A stretch of 61,880 bases of DNA, the filler included. It is 6 parts of 6 records of this genome, joined end to end, with 100 filler letters (N's around TTAATTAATTAA, not from the genome) between each part and the next. Parts side by side here need not be neighbours in the genome. Positions count along the whole stretch, not along the records: positions 14,940 to 24,666 come from SRR31156797_10423; positions 24,767 to 35,653 come from SRR31156797_10434; 4 more parts are not named here. One strand, written 5' to 3'. Under the pieces are notes generated by a model. The model searched no databases. It saw only the letters and a program-made list of their open reading frames with translations, and had not been told where the DNA came from. How positions within the stretch are numbered: position 1 is the first letter of the stretch; the number at the start of each line of letters is the position of its first letter. The translations under genes were made by a program, and so were the position numbers. Shown one piece after another: positions 19,591 to 28,805 of the stretch.

Positions 19591-21855
19591 TTAAAACCTA
19601 AAACGGTACCCTACATTGAAAAACGAACGGAACTTTTTATTGTAAGTATTGGATGAAACATTCACCACGATTGGTCCAATAATGGATGCGTAACCCAATT
19701 TCAATCCGTAGCCTAATATTAATTCCTCCTCAATTTCAGTATTCACAAAATCTTCAATATAATCAGCAGCAATCAAAATATTCAATTTTGGTTCAACATA
19801 GAAATCCGGTAAAAACTCCCATTGCACACCAGCCCCGCCTGTTATGATCTGCAAAGAAGAATATTCCAATTCATTAAACCCTTCAAAAGGAATTAAATAA
19901 GAATATGCTGTAAAGGTACCACCGGCCAAAAATTCTTTAACTAACGTAAAATTCTCTCCCACAGTCAATCCGGCATGAGAACTTACATGAAAAGTCATTC
20001 TATCATAAAATGGAAATGGTTGATAATAATCCATATGAAATTTAACACTGCCAAAAGTTTTATTAAACATTGTACCACTGCTAAAACTCTCTAAACTATC
20101 AACCAGACTCACGTCAAAGAACAAATCAAAATTATATTCATACCTTGCTAAAAGATCAATTCCTCTTGTGGGGAAATAACGCTTATCTGTAGTATTTAAT
20201 TGAAAAGAGGCATACAACTGCTTATTTTTAAGCAACCATCTATCAAAATCAAAATTATTATGAACTTTTGGTTTTATAGTAGTTCGTTCCAACAATGCTC
20301 CAACACTAACACGGGAGTCGTTTGTAATAGTATATCTTGTATTTATCTCATAACTTGTATAGTTATATTTATAAAGGCGACTTACATCTCCATCATCATA
20401 TATGGGAACTTCAAAAGCATCGTTATTAAACTGCATTCCGGCAGTTATTCGGCGCTTTTTACCCAAATACCTAAAAAAATCAATCTGAAACCCCGGATTC
20501 TCTGAAACATTGGCAGTAAGACTCAATCTGGTTTGTGGAATAAGCAGATCTCTGAATGTAGTATTGACAAGCATTGCTGCTCTTTTCTCCGAATCATAAT
20601 GCAGATTTATACCTACAAACCCCCGAGGTTTTTCTTCAGCATATAGTACTAACCTTTTTTGATTTAATGGAGATTTCTCAAATGCATAATGAACTTTATA
20701 AAAATATTGTGTTCCATAAATTCTTCTAATTCCTTCTTCAAGTTGGGAAACTGTAAAATAATCACCTGGAAAAATACCAAATCGGGCCAGAATAAAACGC
20801 TCATATTTTTTATCTATTCCACGAGTTAATATTTCATCAACTACTAAACTATCAGGACGTATTAATGGTTCTGCTTCAACTTTTCTTTGCGGATATTGCT
20901 TTAATATTTGAGCTACAGAATCTAATTTGTTATAATTTAACTTGCCTGCCAACTCTCCACGATGTATGATAGAATCTACTTTAACAAAATCAGCAGACAT
21001 AAAACCATCCAAATCAGGCTCAATATACACATCAACCCCTTCTCGCTGATCTTTTGCGTCTATTACTCCCATTAGAAAAGATGTTTGCCCCATTATATCC
21101 AAGAATGTCTTTAACTCTTCCTTATTCTTTAATACTCCACCTGTATATACACCAATTACAATATCAGCACCCATTTCTTTCACTTCATGAACCGGAAAAT
21201 TACGGCTCAAACCTCCATCAACCAGTAATCTGTCACCCCACAAAACAGGTGTAAATGCTGTAGGTATGGACATACTAGCACGCATAGCCATGGCCAAACT
21301 TCCGGTATCAAGCAATACAATATCAGCATTGGTTATATCCGCACCAATACATTTAAAGGGTATAGGGAGTGAATCAAAGTTATGGATATCGTGAGCAGGT
21401 AATGTAAAATGGTTCAAGAGTTCCATTACATGTTGGCCGAAAATCAACCCTTTTGGTAAAGAGATTTCTCGACCCTGTATGGGTAGTTCAGCGATATATT
21501 TTCCATATTGATCTTTCTCATTGATACTGATATCGGATAATTTCATATCGTTTGATAGCACCTCATTCCAATCCTGGGATTTCAACATAGCCTCAATCTC
21601 ATAGGCATTGTATCCAATGGCATATAAACCTCCCACGATACTTCCCATTGAAGTACCTGTAATGTAATCAGGTTTGATGCCAACCTCCTCTAAAACTTTA
21701 AGAAAACCAACATGTGCCATACCTTTGGCTCCACCACCGCTTAAGACTAACCCAATTTTTGGTCTTTGTAGCGTATCATTGTCATTCTGAGCCGACAATA
21801 TGGAAGTCAGTAATAATAAGGAGATGAATAAATAAAGGGTTTTAAAGCATTTCAT
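19591..21855 (-). CDS. Patatin-like phospholipase with POTRA/BamA-type barrel (PlpD-like)
   Basis: Signal peptide; LSGGGAKG, GTSMG and VDGG; C-terminal NVGYRFRF. Confidence 0.9.
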   Translation of the reverse strand: MKCFKTLYLFISLLLLTSILSAQNDNDTLQRPKIGLVLSGGGAKGMAHVGFLKVLEEVGIKPDYITGTSMGSIVGGLYAIGYNAYEIEAMLKSQDWNEVLSNDMKLSDISINEKDQYGKYIAELPIQGREISLPKGLIFGQHVMELLNHFTLPAHDIHNFDSLPIPFKCIGADITNADIVLLDTGSLAMAMRASMSIPTAFTPVLWGDRLLVDGGLSRNFPVHEVKEMGADIVIGVYTGGVLKNKEELKTFLDIMGQTSFLMGVIDAKDQREGVDVYIEPDLDGFMSADFVKVDSIIHRGELAGKLNYNKLDSVAQILKQYPQRKVEAEPLIRPDSLVVDEILTRGIDKKYERFILARFGIFPGDYFTVSQLEEGIRRIYGTQYFYKVHYAFEKSPLNQKRLVLYAEEKPRGFVGINLHYDSEKRAAMLVNTTFRDLLIPQTRLSLTANVSENPGFQIDFFRYLGKKRRITAGMQFNNDAFEVPIYDDGDVSRLYKYNYTSYEINTRYTITNDSRVSVGALLERTTIKPKVHNNFDFDRWLLKNKQLYASFQLNTTDKRYFPTRGIDLLARYEYNFDLFFDVSLVDSLESFSSGTMFNKTFGSVKFHMDYYQPFPFYDRMTFHVSSHAGLTVGENFTLVKEFLAGGTFTAYSYLIPFEGFNELEYSSLQIITGGAGVQWEFLPDFYVEPKLNILIAADYIEDFVNTEIEEELILGYGLKLGYASIIGPIVVNVSSNTYNKKFRSFFNVGYRFRF

Positions 21856-21871
21856 GGTTAGGGATATTGGG

Positions 21872-22801
21872 TTAAAACATTTTTGACCTCCTTGTTAAAA
21901 AGGTTGTCAATACCTGTTCAAAAGGGTTATTGATATCAGCAGTTACAAAATCAACTTTATATTGCAGACATTTATTTCTAATTGTTTCATAAAATTGCTG
22001 CATTTCTTTGGCATAGGCACTTCTAAAATCCTGCGGTTTCAATTTCATCTCCTCACCACTTTCCATATCGATTAATTTATATGGCCGATCATCTAATTTC
22101 AAATCTTGTTCATATCGTGAATCGTGTACGTGAAAAATTACTACTTCATGCTTATTATAACGTAAATGCTCAATAGCATTGAATAATGGCTCAGGATCAG
22201 TTTGCTCAAACATATCTGAGAAAATTACAATTAGTGATCTTTTATTTGCAGCTTCTGCTATTTGATGTAACACATCTGAAATCTGGGTATTCTTCCTTGA
22301 TTTAGGTTTATAGTTTAGCTTCAGTAGTTCGTCAAGTTGTGCATAAAGGGTTTGAATATGACTTTGAGCCAACCTGGCTTTGGTATGATAACGTAGTGAC
22401 TCATCAAACAATGATAAGCCTGCTGCATCGCGTTGCCTGTTTAATAAATGAATAATGGCAGCAGCAGCATACGTACTAAATTGAATTTTGTTGATAGAAT
22501 TGTCAACCGGGAAAAACATGGAGCTTGAAGCATCAATAACTATTTGGCAACGCAAATTGGTCTCCTCCTCAAAACGTTTCACAAAAAGCTTTCCTGTACG
22601 ACCGTAGAGTTTCCAGTCTATAAACCGAACTGATTCACCATTATTATAAGCCCTATGCTCAGCAAACTCAACTGAAAATCCATGGAAAGGGCTGCGGTGC
22701 AATCCCGTAATAAAACCTTCAACAATTTGACGTGCAAAAAAATCTAAACTGTTGAGATGTTTTACTTCTTGTATTTTTTCAAGTGTGATTTGTTCGGGCA
22801 T
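21872..22801 (-). CDS. DUF58 (vWA-related) protein
   Basis: GLHRSPFHGFSVEFAEHRAY, IDWKLYGR, FEEETN and DASSSM. Confidence 0.9.
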   Translation of the reverse strand: MPEQITLEKIQEVKHLNSLDFFARQIVEGFITGLHRSPFHGFSVEFAEHRAYNNGESVRFIDWKLYGRTGKLFVKRFEEETNLRCQIVIDASSSMFFPVDNSINKIQFSTYAAAAIIHLLNRQRDAAGLSLFDESLRYHTKARLAQSHIQTLYAQLDELLKLNYKPKSRKNTQISDVLHQIAEAANKRSLIVIFSDMFEQTDPEPLFNAIEHLRYNKHEVVIFHVHDSRYEQDLKLDDRPYKLIDMESGEEMKLKPQDFRSAYAKEMQQFYETIRNKCLQYKVDFVTADINNPFEQVLTTFLTRRSKMF

Positions 22802-22815
22802 ATTCTTTTAATTAT

Positions 22816-22964
22816 TGATTTGATAGTTTTAGGCTAACACAAAAGATTTTCTTTATTTACCCCTATCCGCCAGCTGGCGGAAGTGAAGAAAATCATTTTG
22901 CTCTCGTTAGGGATGGGGTAAACAAAATCATTTTCTGAACCCAATTTAAAACACTAGCAAATCA
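22816..22964. repeat. MITE/REP-like palindromic element
   Basis: Imperfect terminal inverted repeats TGATTTGATAGT/ACTAGCAAATCA; inner TTTACCCC/GGGGTAAA; perfect palindrome TCCGCCAGCTGGCGGA at 22866-22881. Confidence 0.5.
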
Positions 22965-22999
22965 GCTTTTCTGTATTTAAAAACCTATTGCAAAGTAAC

Positions 23000-23031
23000 A
23001 AAAAAAGGTTGTCGCTAAGAAGTGACAACCT
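23000..23031 (-). terminator. trxA terminator
   Basis: AGGTTGTCGCT/AGTGACAACCT stem with a T-tract on the minus strand. Confidence 0.75.
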
Positions 23032-23062
23032 GTTAATGTATGTTAAATCTTTCGTTTTTCTT

Positions 23063-23380
23063 TTATAGTAAAGAATCAAGTTTTTCGGCAAGCTTTACTT
23101 TTGGTACAGCGCCAACTTGTTTATCAACTACTTCACCACCTTTAAAGAACAATACTGTAGGGATGTTGCGCACGCCATATTTTGCAGTAATACCAGGATT
23201 ACTATCTACGTCAACTTTTGCAATTACTGCTTTTCCTTCATATTCTGTTGTTAACTCTTCCATGATAGGAGTCAATAATTTACAAGGTCCACACCATTCT
23301 GCCCATAGGTCAACTACTACAGGTACATCTGATTGCAATACTTTTTCGTCAAAGTTCGCTTCTGTAAGTTCTAATGCCAT
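23063..23380 (-). CDS. trxA: Thioredoxin
   Basis: WAEWCGPC; YGVRNIPT. Confidence 0.97.
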   Translation of the reverse strand: MALELTEANFDEKVLQSDVPVVVDLWAEWCGPCKLLTPIMEELTTEYEGKAVIAKVDVDSNPGITAKYGVRNIPTVLFFKGGEVVDKQVGAVPKVKLAEKLDSLL

Positions 23381-23429
23381 AGTTTTAATTATTTAAAATT
23401 TTTGCGTAAAAGTAACAAATTTTTTACCA

Positions 23430-24665
23430 TTAATTGAATGAATATTCTAACTCTGGAAAACGTTCCAAATAGTCAATAAGTTCTTTAGTAATTTCAACAT
23501 TTATTGAACGCGAAAACATTGGGATAACCATATCTTTTTTAGGGTCATGCACTAAAAATTGCAGTGCAGCATTTCCTTTACCACGTGTCATAATATCATG
23601 CATTTCTGTTACCAAATCTTCTGACAATGCCTCAATTGGAATCTTTATATTAATTATTTTGATTTTATCCTCGCGTACATCACCCAAATTACTAATTTCT
23701 TTCATTTTAAATTCCAACTCATTGGTATCGCCCCATTCACGTTTTTGAACTTTTCCTTTTATTAATAAGTACCAGTCCTTTTCCATATAAGGTTTAAAGT
23801 TCATGTAATCTTTTCCAAATAATGCGAATGAGTAGGACCCGCTAAAATCTTCTACTGTAAATCTCCCCCATGGTTTGCCATTTTTTGTGGTAAGATGCTT
23901 CACTTCGGTTACCATTCCACCTACGGTCACATCTTTATTCTCAAAACCATCCATATCCTGTTGCAAGTCAATAAATTTTGCAGTACAGAAATGGTTCAGC
24001 TCCAATTTATAATCATCCAATGGGTGCTCAGAAAGATATATGCCAACATACTCCTTTTCGATATTCATACGAGCCATTTTGGTCCATGGCTCACTTAAAG
24101 CAGGCTCAGGCTTAGCTACTTCAAAACCTTCTTCAGTACCTCCAAAAAGTGATTGCTGGGCACTTGCACTCTCTTCTTTTACCCTGTTTCCGTATTTGAT
24201 AATATTTTCGATGAAAGAAGCTCCTTTTTCATCCTCTACAAAATAGCGATGACGCTCTATTCCAAAACAATCAAAAGCTCCGGCATACGCCAACCCTTCC
24301 ATGTTTTTCTTGTTGACAATATGCATATCAACCTTCTCCACAAAGTCATAAATATCAGCATACTTGCCCTGAGACTCGCGTACTTCAATGATATGGTTTA
24401 CCACATTGCCACCCACATTTTTCACAGCTCCCAATCCAAATCGTAAATCACCCTTAGGAGTAACGCGGAACTTATAAATACTCTCATTCACATCAGGTCC
24501 CAAAACTTCAATTCCCATGTGGCGGGTTTCATCCAGAAAAGTAGTAACCTTGCTAATATCTGATAAATTACGGGTTAAAACCGCTGCCATAAAGTGCGAT
24601 GGATAATGCGCTTTCAAATATGCTGTTTGGTAAGATACATAGGCATAGCAAACCGAGTGCGATTT
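23430..24665 (-). CDS. dnaE: DNA polymerase III alpha subunit, C-terminal part (5' truncated)
   Basis: KSHSVCYAYVSYQTAYLKAHYP, PDVNES, RFGLGAVKNVG, YLSEHPLD and an OB fold. Confidence 0.95.
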   Translation of the reverse strand, partial: KSHSVCYAYVSYQTAYLKAHYPSHFMAAVLTRNLSDISKVTTFLDETRHMGIEVLGPDVNESIYKFRVTPKGDLRFGLGAVKNVGGNVVNHIIEVRESQGKYADIYDFVEKVDMHIVNKKNMEGLAYAGAFDCFGIERHRYFVEDEKGASFIENIIKYGNRVKEESASAQQSLFGGTEEGFEVAKPEPALSEPWTKMARMNIEKEYVGIYLSEHPLDDYKLELNHFCTAKFIDLQQDMDGFENKDVTVGGMVTEVKHLTTKNGKPWGRFTVEDFSGSYSFALFGKDYMNFKPYMEKDWYLLIKGKVQKREWGDTNELEFKMKEISNLGDVREDKIKIINIKIPIEALSEDLVTEMHDIMTRGKGNAALQFLVHDPKKDMVIPMFSRSINVEITKELIDYLERFPELEYSFN

Positions 24666-24666
24666 A

Positions 24667-24766
24667 NNNNNNNNNNNNNNNNNNNNNNNNNNNNNNNNNN
24701 NNNNNNNNNNTTAATTAATTAANNNNNNNNNNNNNNNNNNNNNNNNNNNNNNNNNNNNNNNNNNNN
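24667..24766. other. Artificial contig spacer
   Basis: Ns + TTAATTAATTAA + Ns. Confidence 0.98.
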
Positions 24767-25258
24767 TTTATGAGAAACTGGCCATATGCATATGCTCTGG
24801 GAAATAGCGATGATTCTGTAATAAAAGATAAATTCGATGTAACTCCTATACCAATGGCAGTAGGTGGAAGAAATGCAGCAGCTCTTGGTGGATGGCAGTT
24901 AGCAGTAAGTAAATACAGTAATAACCCTGAAATAGCTGCTGAAGTTGCACTATTTATGGCTTCAGAAGAGGTTCAGAAAATGAGAGCAATAGATGGTTCA
25001 TTTAATCCAACTATCAAATCTCTATACCAAGATGAAGAGGTTCTAAAAGCTAGTCCGTTCTTTGGATCATTATACGATGTATTTATAAATGCAACACCTA
25101 GACCATCAACTGTAACAGCTCCAAATTATGCACAAGTATCTCAGGAGTTTTATCAGGCTGTTTATTCAGTATTATCAGGTGAAGCAGATGCATCTGATGC
25201 ACTGGAAGATTTGGCTTATGATCTGGAAGAGATAACAGGTTTCGAAATAGAAGAATAG
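24767..25258 (+). CDS. Sugar ABC transporter substrate-binding protein, C-terminal part (trehalose/maltose type; 5' truncated)
   Basis: FMRNWPYAY, LGGWQLAVSKYS and ATPRP motifs. Confidence 0.85.
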   Translation, partial: FMRNWPYAYALGNSDDSVIKDKFDVTPIPMAVGGRNAAALGGWQLAVSKYSNNPEIAAEVALFMASEEVQKMRAIDGSFNPTIKSLYQDEEVLKASPFFGSLYDVFINATPRPSTVTAPNYAQVSQEFYQAVYSVLSGEADASDALEDLAYDLEEITGFEIEE

Positions 25259-25283
25259 TAAAAACTAATAAAAATAATTACTT

Positions 25284-25353
25284 GTAGGGGCGTATCGACA
25301 TACGCCCCGATTTGTTTCTTAATAACAGAGGCGACAGCCAATGCTGTCGCCTC
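25284..25353. repeat. Two GC-rich hairpins (REP-like doublet; may also act as terminator)
   Basis: GTAG overlapping GGGGCGTAT-cgac-ATACGCCCC (25284-25308) and GAGGCGACAGC-caat-GCTGTCGCCTC (25328-25353). Confidence 0.55.
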
Positions 25354-25397
25354 CCATTTTTATTTGAAAATAACCTCTTTATTTCCTATAATTTCCA

Positions 25398-26723
25398 TTA
25401 CTCCCAAATTAGATTAGCATATTCAGGATTATCAATAAATGGATTTCTATTTCCCTGATAGTCATTATAGATAACATGATTTCTTTTTTCTTCTTCTTCA
25501 GATACAGGATCTTCAGCATGCCATTTTAATAGTGTAGAAAGTTTACCGTGAGTAGGGTTATATAAACTATCATTTATATCCTCTGACATTTGTAGATCAA
25601 CTTCTCCGTTCTCCCCTTCATATCTTACAGCCATGTAGAATAACATTCTGGCAACGTCACCTTTGACTTCATCACGAGGTTCCCATGAGTCGGAATCATA
25701 GTAACATCCGGTAGCCTCACTATGCTGAGTTCCGCCTTCATCGAACTCCAGATTTCCTCTTGCACTATTTACACTTACATCTGATGCTCTCAGATGATGC
25801 AGATCAGTTCCTGCTCCAGCACTAGTACCGAAGTTACCATGTGATTTAGCCCAAACATGTTCTCTGTTCCAACCGGCTCCACTATTATATTGAGCAGCCC
25901 CATTTCTAGAAACACCTGTATATAATAGGATAACATTACTGGAATTATCCGGATCAGCATCAGTTACTTCAAGAGCATCGTATACTGAACTATAGCTTAA
26001 TTCCATATGTCCGTCTATGATATTATTTAATGCAGATTTTAAGCTACTCCCTGTCAAACCATCAGCGCTGTCATAATATCCGTCCGGCGCAGGGTATGAT
26101 GAGCTTGATCCGGAACCAGAGTCACTGTTATCAGCTGTATGTGATCCCAAGTTATCGAAATAATTACTTGATTGTTGTGTCCATTCACTTGAAGAGTAAG
26201 TAGTAGTTCCTGAGTTTATGTCGCTGTTTCTTATTAAAGTTTGATTAGCAGCAAAAGTAGTTGATGATCCTATTTGCCCAATGATATCGATCAATTCTCC
26301 GTTTTTGTATAAAACTACAACATCATTACCATTGAATGAAGTAACGGAAGATTTGAGATCAACATAACTATAGGATGCAAATGAGGCGCTTGAATTAGCA
26401 ATTACAAATACATCTCCGCTTGCTAATGAACCACTTAAATTTTCAGTATATGAAGCTGAAGTATTACCATTTGCATATAGACTAACAGAATAGTCGCTTA
26501 AATCAACAGTAGAGCCAGAACTATTATAAAGTTCAAGGGCCTTATTGTTTGAGCTTCCCTCAACATATTCAGAAAAAAACAGGTCTGAGGAGCTGTAGGC
26601 AGCTTTCATGTTTTCAGAAGTAGATGTGAGAGAGTTATTGCTTATACTGTCACATGATACAAATAATAGAGTGGCAAACATTCCCGGAATTAAAAACTTC
26701 TTGTCAAAATTAAATCTTTTCAT
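25398..26723 (-). CDS. Lipoprotein nuclease: lamin-tail domain plus endonuclease I/Bsn domain
   Basis: Lipobox FVSC; FFSEYVEGSSNNKALELYN; WNREHVWAKSHG, TDLHHLR, KGDVAR and QGNRNPFID. Confidence 0.9.
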   Translation of the reverse strand: MKRFNFDKKFLIPGMFATLLFVSCDSISNNSLTSTSENMKAAYSSSDLFFSEYVEGSSNNKALELYNSSGSTVDLSDYSVSLYANGNTSASYTENLSGSLASGDVFVIANSSASFASYSYVDLKSSVTSFNGNDVVVLYKNGELIDIIGQIGSSTTFAANQTLIRNSDINSGTTTYSSSEWTQQSSNYFDNLGSHTADNSDSGSGSSSSYPAPDGYYDSADGLTGSSLKSALNNIIDGHMELSYSSVYDALEVTDADPDNSSNVILLYTGVSRNGAAQYNSGAGWNREHVWAKSHGNFGTSAGAGTDLHHLRASDVSVNSARGNLEFDEGGTQHSEATGCYYDSDSWEPRDEVKGDVARMLFYMAVRYEGENGEVDLQMSEDINDSLYNPTHGKLSTLLKWHAEDPVSEEEEKRNHVIYNDYQGNRNPFIDNPEYANLIWE

Positions 26724-27027
26724 TTATAGCCTCCTTTAAAGTTTTGCATAAAATTTATATAAGTATAAAAAAATAAATTATGCAAAATGTAGTATATTAA
26801 ACAAATAAAATACAATCTTTATGTAGAGTTGCATGGTTTTGAGCTAAATTTTTATCAAAACTATGCTTTATGTAGAGGGCTTTCTTATAAATCAAAATAA
26901 CAAAGAGCCTAGCGTAAATTCTAAACTAATATTTATGAATTTTTACTAAGCTCTTTATGTATTAAAAAATTAAAATTGATATTAAAGTTACAAAACTAAT
27001 CTTTTCTCTTCATGAATATAGTTTATA

Positions 27028-28617
27028 TTATTCCCAAATTAAATCAGCGTATTCAGGATGATCAATAAATGGATTTCTATTTCCTTGATAATCATGGAAG
27101 ATAATGTGATTTCTTCTTATTTCAGTTTCACTTACAGGATCTTCTTCATTCCATTTTAATAGAGTAGATAATTTACCGTGAGTAGGACTAGCATTAGCAT
27201 CATTGATGTCTTCTGACATTTGCAGATCAACTTCTCCATTTTCACCTTCGTATCTAACAGCCATGTAGAATAACATTCTTGCAATGTCACCTTTAACTTC
27301 ATCACGTGGTTCCCATGAGTCAGAGTCAGTGTAACACTCAGTTGCTTCACTATGTGCAGTTCCACCTTCATCAAACTCTTTGTTTCCTCTTGCGCTATTT
27401 ACACTTGAGTCTGCCGCTCTTAAATGATGAAGATCAGTTCCAGCTCCCATACTTGTACCAAAATCACCATGTGATTTAGCCCAAACATGTTCTCTATTCC
27501 ATAAATCTCCACCTGTACCAGTATCTTGATCATCCTTATCGGCAGACCTTCCTGTGTAGAGTAGTATTACATTATCAGAGTTATCTGGATCTTGATCAGT
27601 AATTTTTAACGCATCCCATGTATCTGTTGAATCGCTTGTATATGGGAATTCAGTATGTCCGTCTATAATATCATTTAATGCAGATTTAAGGTTATCACCT
27701 GTTAAACTATCAGAGATAGTGCCATAATATGAGTTTGTTATACCATAGTGAGTCCCAAGACTTTTAAAATAATCTTTTGATTGTTCTGTCCATTGACTTG
27801 AATCATATGTAGTACTACCAGTTGCAATATTAGTATTTCTGATGAGAGTTTTGTCTTGTGCAAAACTCTCAGATGAACCAATAGTTCCTACGATATCTAC
27901 AAGTTCATCACTTTTATATAATGCTACTGCATCATCACCGTTGAAATAAGTGACAGTAGAATCGATATCAACATAATCATCTGCTGCAAATGATGCACCA
28001 CTATTAACGATTACGTGTACTTCTCCTGCTTCTAACGTTCCGCTTAATGCTTCTGTATTTCCAGCACTTGAGTTACCTCCGTTAAATAGTTTGACGGTAT
28101 AATCACTTAAATTGATTGCACCGCTTGAAGTATTATAAAGTTCAATAGCTTTGTTATTTGAGCTACCTTCAATATATTCTGAGATAATTAAATATGAACT
28201 TGAGCTGCTTGAGTCACCCGAATTATCAGAGTCATCTGATACTGCTGTTGTATAACTAACTGTTGTACTTTGTCCATTGAAAGTAACAGTTATCTCTATA
28301 ACTTCTCCTGAACTTGTGTATATTTCATTAAATTCTAAAACTACAGTTTTTTCATCATAACTTAAACTTTTTGTTAGATCAAGATTAGTTGTATCTACGC
28401 TATCAGGAAATGCTATAGTTATATTATCTAAATCATTTGCTGAAATAGATTGATTAAATACTACTGCCATAGAAGCATCTTGGGCATTTACTACAGAAGA
28501 TATTTCAGTATTTGTATCACTGGAAATATTATCATTGATACTGTCGCAAGAAGCAAATAGAAGTGATGTGAATAGCGCACATACTAAATATTTTTTCCAA
28601 AATTTATTTTTTTTCAT
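27028..28617 (-). CDS. Lipoprotein nuclease: extra beta-rich domain, lamin-tail domain and endonuclease I/Bsn domain (paralog)
   Basis: Lipobox FASC; IISEYIEGSSNNKAIELYN; WNREHVWAKSHG, TDLHHLR and QGNRNPFID. Confidence 0.9.
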   Translation of the reverse strand: MKKNKFWKKYLVCALFTSLLFASCDSINDNISSDTNTEISSVVNAQDASMAVVFNQSISANDLDNITIAFPDSVDTTNLDLTKSLSYDEKTVVLEFNEIYTSSGEVIEITVTFNGQSTTVSYTTAVSDDSDNSGDSSSSSSYLIISEYIEGSSNNKAIELYNTSSGAINLSDYTVKLFNGGNSSAGNTEALSGTLEAGEVHVIVNSGASFAADDYVDIDSTVTYFNGDDAVALYKSDELVDIVGTIGSSESFAQDKTLIRNTNIATGSTTYDSSQWTEQSKDYFKSLGTHYGITNSYYGTISDSLTGDNLKSALNDIIDGHTEFPYTSDSTDTWDALKITDQDPDNSDNVILLYTGRSADKDDQDTGTGGDLWNREHVWAKSHGDFGTSMGAGTDLHHLRAADSSVNSARGNKEFDEGGTAHSEATECYTDSDSWEPRDEVKGDIARMLFYMAVRYEGENGEVDLQMSEDINDANASPTHGKLSTLLKWNEEDPVSETEIRRNHIIFHDYQGNRNPFIDHPEYADLIWE

Positions 28618-28805
28618 TGTTCTCCTCTCTATATTAGAGCGTTTTTTTAAACTTGTATTATACTTGATTTAAAGAAAGTGACCTAAAAGGCCACTCTCTT
28701 ACTCTTTTTCCTGAAAACTGTATATTTAACACCAAAACAAAAGGAAAGTAATTATGTGAATATCAGGAAAAAGATTTCTAGGAAGGTACTTCTAGAAAAT
28801 TACTT

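Noticed and set aside
17775-21855. Patatin next to a nucleotidyltransferase, suggesting CBASS
   Set aside because: The patatin has a signal peptide and BamA-type barrel (exported PlpD-like, not cytoplasmic CapV); the NTase is a minimal domain without the CD-NTase C-terminal lobe; no Cap2/Cap3 genes are present.
21872-24665. DUF58 without an adjacent MoxR ATPase, next to trxA and dnaE
   Set aside because: To my knowledge dnaE-trxA-DUF58 is an ordinary Bacteroidota arrangement with MoxR encoded elsewhere.
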